Assembly: GCA_951406725.2 (NCBI GenBank)
Contig: OX597824.1
Location: 32,426,001 to 32,490,000, forward strand
Reading direction: 5' to 3'
DNA length: 64,000 nucleotides
Origin: Octopus vulgaris
Taxonomy: Eukaryota
Made by a program: the position numbers and the translations under genes. Positions 58,351 to 64,000 of the stretch are shown here, in pieces; positions within the stretch are counted from its first letter, which is position 1; each line of letters starts with the position of its first letter. Below the pieces are notes generated by a model that worked only from the letters and a program-made list of their open reading frames with translations, searched no databases and was not told the origin of the DNA.

Positions 58351-58398
<48 letters not shown>

Positions 58399-58426
58399 AT
58401 GTATGTATAATTATTGTTATAATTAC

Positions 58427-58652
58427 CTTTGGAAAAGGTATTCTCCACCTGTGTCATCATCATCATTAATGACTCTGAGGAAGTTTGCAGCATTAGTGTC
58501 TTTGGCTGCTGCAATTTGTTCAGACATTTTGATTCCATCTCGGGTAGCCTTAAGCAATCCACTTCCTTCACCACGCAGGGCTGGTCCTAAGCACTCAGGC
58601 TTGCGGATAAGTAGGCGAACTACTAGATTGGCATTCTCCTCCACACTTTCTC
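58427..58652 (-). CDS. RyR: RyR exon: [34 protein letters not shown]...EYLFQ
   Basis: tag/gtaatt, 226 nt, phase 1->2. Confidence 0.95.
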
Positions 58653-60634
58653 CTATATTATTAAAAGATAAAACGTTATATTGCTTTATACAAATCATGA
58701 ATTTAGAATTTCTCATTTGGAATAATGAATATAAGAAAATAAACTTCTACATGTAATGGGAATATTAAATATTTCTGTATACTTTATTCTTTTACTTGTT
58801 TCAGTCATTGAACTAAGGTCACGCTTGGGCACTATCTTTAAGGGTTTTTCTGTATCAGACATATATTTCAGTTAAGTAATTATTTTATCAATCTCTTTTT
58901 GTTGAACATCTAAGATTTAGTACATGAATAGTGGTTTCTAGTTTTGACACAAGGCCAGCAATTTTAGCGAGCGGGTGTTAGTAGATAACACCAACCTTCA
59001 GTGCTTGACTGATGATATATACCATCAATCTTTAAAGGATGAAAGGCAACATTGACCTTACTGGGGTTTGAACTGAGAGCATGAAAACCTGGAAGAAATA
59101 CTGCCAAGTATTTTGGCCTATGCGATAATGCTTCTACCAGCTCACCATCTTGTGACATATAAATAACATTGCTTTCATTGTGATTGCGTAAATACATACA
59201 CAGGCATGACACAAACTCCAACACTGTGTGTGTGTGTGTGTTTGTGTGTGTGCGTGTGTGTGGGAGAGAGAGAGTGAGAGAGAGAGATGAGCTTCTGTAG
59301 AGTTTCCACCTATCAAATTCCATTTTCAAAGGTACTGGTCAATCTGAGGCTATAATAAAAGACACTTGTCAAGGGTGCCACTCAATAGGATTGAACCCAG
59401 AACCATGTGGTTGGGAAATGAACTTCTTAATCATATTACTATGCTTGCACCTAGGAATCTTTTGTCTCTTTTACTTGCTCCAGTCATTGGACTGCAGTCA
59501 TGCTGGGGCACTACCTTGAAGGTTTTAGTTGAATAATCAACTCCAGGACTTAGTTAAGCCTAAGCACTTATTCTATCAGTCACTTTTGCTGAACCACTAA
59601 GTTTTGGCGATGTAAACACACCAACACCAGTTGTCAAACAGTAATGGGAGGACAAACACAGACACAAAGACACCCATACATAGATACATACACACACACA
59701 CATATATATATATATACGAAGGGCTTCTTTCAGTTTTTGTCCACCAAATTCTCAGGTTGGCTTGAGGCTATAGTAGAGGACACTTGTCCAAGGTGACATG
59801 CAGTGAGACTGAACCCAGAACCATATGGTTGGTAAGCAAACTTCTTACATGCAGCTACTCCTGTGCCTATGATCCAGAAAGATCATACAGAATAAATTAA
59901 CTTGACCCACAGAGATAATATAGAATAATACAATATTTATGAGAATTTCAGAAACACAGATTAATTAATATTCAAGTTATCAGAAATTAAGACATTATTG
60001 TAAAAGTATGTCTTTTTCATAAATAGAAATATTATTATTTCTAAGTCTCTCTAAAGGAGACTATGGCAGCGGTACTGGATATTAAGTTATCACCAAGCTA
60101 ATATGGCAGTCCATAAATGTAGGATGAAAGCTGCCATTGATTAGCACCAATTTATCATCTACTTGTCTCAGTCATTAGATTGTAGCCATGCTAGAGTACC
60201 ATGCGAAAGAATTTTTTTTGTTGAATGTATCACCCACCGGTTCTTATTTTTTAAAAACCTGGTACCTATTCTGCTGGTCTCTTTTGCTGAGCCACTAAGT
60301 TACAGGGATGTAAATACACCAACATCAGTTGTCAAGTGGTGGTGGGGGTGGGGTCATAAACACAGACACAATGAAACATATACATATATACAATGAGCAT
60401 CTTTCTGTTTCCATCTGGCAAATTCACTCACAAGGCCTGAGGCTATAGTAGAAGACACTTGCCCAAGGTGACATGCAGTGGAACTGAACCTAGAACCATG
60501 CTGTCAGGAAGATAATTTCTTACTACACAGCCATGCCTTGTCACTCAAAACGACTTAAGTAATTAATAACTTTTTTTTACAGAATTTTGTCATATTATAG
60601 AAGTGAGGAATCTTCATATAAAAAGTTTACATAC

Positions 60635-60874
60635 CATTTACCCAGACACAGAATCGGAAAAAGTCCAAGAATCTCTCTCCTTCTACAGGATCCCAGCCAA
60701 TATCAGGATATCCTTTCTCCAAAAGTTCAGCATTGCTTTGGAGGCCGCAACGAGACAAATAAACAGTAATTCTTTCCAAATTCGACTCTCTGAGAGCTAA
60801 AGCAAGTTCGTTGTTATCCATAAGAGAAGAATATGCAACATCAAGTGGACAGGAGCCTCTCAATGATGGACGAG
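60635..60874 (-). CDS. RyR: RyR exon: [28 protein letters not shown]...FFRFCVWVN
   Basis: cag/gtatgt, 240 nt, phase 1->1. Confidence 0.96.
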
Positions 60875-61077
60875 CTGTTGGATTATAAAAGAATGGTAAT
60901 TTATTCAAGGCAATGAGCACAAAAAAGAAGACAACACAGAAGGGGTAAATGTATTAGTTTAATACTTAAAAAGAAGAGAAAGAGTTTTGATGTTTCAGAC
61001 ATAAGTCCTTAATCAGAAGAAATAAGAGAATGAGAAAAAGTGGTTGGAAAAGACAACAAAGACAACAGGCCAGGTGG

Positions 61078-61121
<44 letters not shown>

Positions 61122-61619
61122 TACATACAGATTAAAAAGATTGGATTCTTTGGATCCTTGTGCTGTGGATGTAAGTTTAGCATTTTGATGAGATTCATCA
61201 CAGATTTAGAGAATAAATACTTTTCACCACTCAGTACACTTTTAAATAATTCTTAACAAACTCTATAGAAATGGTGATATATTTTCTAGTTGATTATGAA
61301 ATTGTATCATATAGAAATGTCTTGTTTGACAATTAATGGTTAACCTCTCATTACTGGAATGACAAATCCTATATCTCTGAATCCTTACCATAAAGCAGTC
61401 AAGTATTAATGCAATATACTTTGAACAGAAAATAATAGTCTGTTGTGTCTGGGGAGAGTCATTTTCTTTCTGTGCCTTATAATGTAACATTTATTTAGGA
61501 AAATAAAAATAAGAAATAAGTGGAAACTTTACTAGTAAGTGTGTTTTAGATAAAATGAAATATGTGAAGACTTATTCATTAAGAGAAGACTTATTTACTG
61601 ATAAAATATGTAAAGACTT

Positions 61620-61798
61620 TCTGTTATGTCTGGGGAGAGTTATTTTCTTTTTGTGCCTTATAATTTAATACACTCACTGGTAAAATTTCCACTTATTTCT
61701 TAAAAAATAATTTAAAAAAAATAAGTGGAAATTTTACTGGTGCGTGTGTTAAATTATAAGGCTCAAAAAGAAAATGACTCTCCCCAGACACAACAGAA
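61620..61798. repeat. Inverted repeat, about 85-bp arms, with an extra direct copy of the left arm at 61439-61489
   Basis: tctgttatgtctggggagagt...ccacttattt / aaataagtgg...actctccccagacacaacaga. Confidence 0.9.
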
Positions 61799-61886
61799 TT
61801 TGCTTCAATACACGAACTCATATAAAGAATCGTGCAAGCCAAATCCAAAAACGAAATGGAAAATAATAGACTTTGCATATACTTAC

Positions 61887-62019
61887 CGAGAAGCATGCTG
61901 CTGTTTTCCAGCAAGTAACTGAGATGTTCAAACATTGCTCTCTGATTTTGTCGACTGATGCGGCAGAAATAACAGAGGAAGCGGCAACACATGACAACCA
62001 TTTCAGCACAAGCATCTTG
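61887..62019 (-). CDS. RyR: RyR exon: [44 protein letters not shown]
   Basis: tag/gtaagt, 133 nt, phase 0->1; [16 protein letters not shown] is a conserved RyR motif. Confidence 0.96.
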
Positions 62020-62437
62020 CTACAGAATAAAATATTTGGGTGGCATTAAATCACTGGAGTCAATAAGGCACAATTCATAAAATTATCTTATCGTTTATCT
62101 TTTACTTGTTTTAGTCATTGGACTGCGGGCATGCTGGGGCATCACCTTAGAGGGTCTAGTCAAGTAAATCGATCTCAATATATGCTATTTTTTAAAGTCT
62201 GGTACCTATTCTATCAGTCTGTTTTGTCAAACTGCTAGGTTATGAGGATGTATACAAACCAACACTAGTCGTCAAGTTATGGTGGTGGAACAAATGCAGA
62301 CACATGCATGCACACACATACACACATGTGTCTACTATAGCAAGTGTCTTCTACTATAGCCTCGGGCTAACCAAAGCCTTGTGAGTGGATTCGATAGACG
62401 GAAACTGAAAGAAGGCCATCGATGATGATGATGATGA

Positions 62438-62515
<78 letters not shown>

Positions 62516-62887
62516 ATATATGTTTGTGTGTCTGTGTTTGTCCCCCAACATCACTTAACAACCGATGCTGGTGTGTTTATGTCCCTGTAACTTAGCGGTT
62601 CGGCAAAAGAGACCAATAGAATAAGTACTAGGCTTGCAAAGAATAAGTCCTGGGATCGATTTGCTCGACTAAAGGTGGTGCTCCAGCATGGCTGCAGTCA
62701 AATGACTGAAACAAGTAAAAGAGTAGAGTAATGAAACAAAAAGTACCAACACATCAACTTTTAAAGTGACATTCTCTAAACTTTTGAATTCCTGCAATTG
62801 GCACCAACGAAATATGAACATGGCAAAACATATTTGTTTACCTGCCTTAAGCTTGTAGTTGAATTCAAACAGTTATCATGTCCTTAC

Positions 62888-63095
62888 CTTACTTTGTACA
62901 GCACTAGGATCACTTTCACTTGGAGCACCAGCAATTGATGTTCTGTTACCAGCTGCTTGTTCAGATGCTGCTGCTTGTTGATGCTGTTGTGCTTTGTTAA
63001 GTGTGTTTACCATAAGCTGCATAACTGTCTCATGTACGCATAAAGCACGCATCAAATCAGGATGCTGGAAAAATACTTTGTTGTCCATGAGTTCC
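62888..63095 (-). CDS. RyR: RyR exon: (K)[37 protein letters not shown]...AVQSK
   Basis: cag/gtaagg, 208 nt, phase 2->0; lies in ORF 62876..63142. Confidence 0.94.
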
Positions 63096-63363
63096 CTGAA
63101 GAAATGAAATAAAATAAAACAAAACATTGACAGAATTATCATTTTCTTTTTGTATAACTAAGTTTATTCCATGCTTCAACAATTCTGAGCATGAATAAAA
63201 TGCTTCTGAAAGTCATGGATGCTGCAATGTAAATTAAACTAGTTTTTTTTCTCTTTGGAAAATACCTTGGAAACATGCTTTATTATTTTTATAATTAAAA
63301 ATTGTTTTTTCATTCCCCTTACATTGTATTTTAAAACAAATGTCAAAATTTGATATTACTTAC

Positions 63364-63512
63364 TTGAGGCTTGTTTTCATGGACTCTTCCTCATCAACGG
63401 CCACTTGGACCAAAAGCAAAGAACGGATGTGTCCTAAAGCTTTTAATAATTCGTTGATGTCTTCTATACTAAAATTACTGATTACATAAGCTTTCTCCAA
63501 AGCAGAAAGTAA
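63364..63512 (-). CDS. RyR: RyR exon: LLSALEKAYVISNFSIEDINELLKALGHIRSLLLVQVAVDEEESMKTSL
   Basis: tttcag acceptor, gtaagt donor, 149 nt, phase 0->2; resembles RyR1 LLRALPRAY...GQIRSLLIVQM. Confidence 0.93.
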
Positions 63513-63691
63513 CTGAAATAAAAACAAAAATAATCAAATGAAAATGAAATTTTTTGAAATAAAGAAATTAAGATTTAAAAATTCTTAAGTTGATCATGTA
63601 TTAATTATCATTTATCATTTCTGTATATTTAAAAAATTACATTCTCATAAACATGACAAGTGTAATAAAAATGTTGAGGGTATTTTCTTTG

Positions 63692-63742
<51 letters not shown>

Positions 63743-64000
63743 ATTATTATTAAGTGAGAGAGGAGTGCATACCATCAAAGTGACACTTAGGTAAAATATA
63801 CGAAGCCCAGTATACTAAGATAAACAGCACATGACCTTGCAGGCGGGGCCCTGTTAGAATTTTCTTTGGGGCAAGCCCATCCTGCTCAAAAGGTCCCTGA
63901 ATAAGGGTTGTTTAAGGATGTTGAATGAAACACCCATGTTTCCAGAGGTGAAATGTTCAAACCTCCAAAGAATTCTTCTCAACACATAGCTATGATGCTC

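Overview
AT-rich, microsatellite- and retroposon-dense eukaryotic genomic DNA. The repeat repertoire suggests a coleoid cephalopod, probably Octopus (inference). The whole window lies inside one large minus-strand gene, a ryanodine receptor (RyR), which runs off both ends. Tracing GT-AG junctions by hand gives 24 phase-compatible exons from 63512 down to 8859 (3514 nt, about 1171 codons, no in-frame stop seen). They cover the central RIH/helical solenoid, RyR repeats 3-4 (phosphorylation domain) and the following solenoid, roughly mammalian RyR1 residues 2130-3230 by recalled alignment. They include a 27-nt microexon, and a further symmetric 48-nt acidic exon (6887-6934) looks like a lineage-specific cassette. 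The introns hold a full-length dead mariner, two mariner deletion derivatives, a DD37D (maT-type) element, R4/Dong-like, RTE and Penelope fragments, many SINEs, fold-back palindromes, tandem duplications and a 2.8-kb (TA)n tract. Best leads are a 79-nt candidate poison/alternative exon with a single in-frame UGA, hammerhead-ribozyme motifs on the pre-mRNA strand, and dsRNA hairpins next to exons. Most long ORFs in the ORF track are microsatellite artefacts. No convincing wholly new system is demonstrable from sequence alone.
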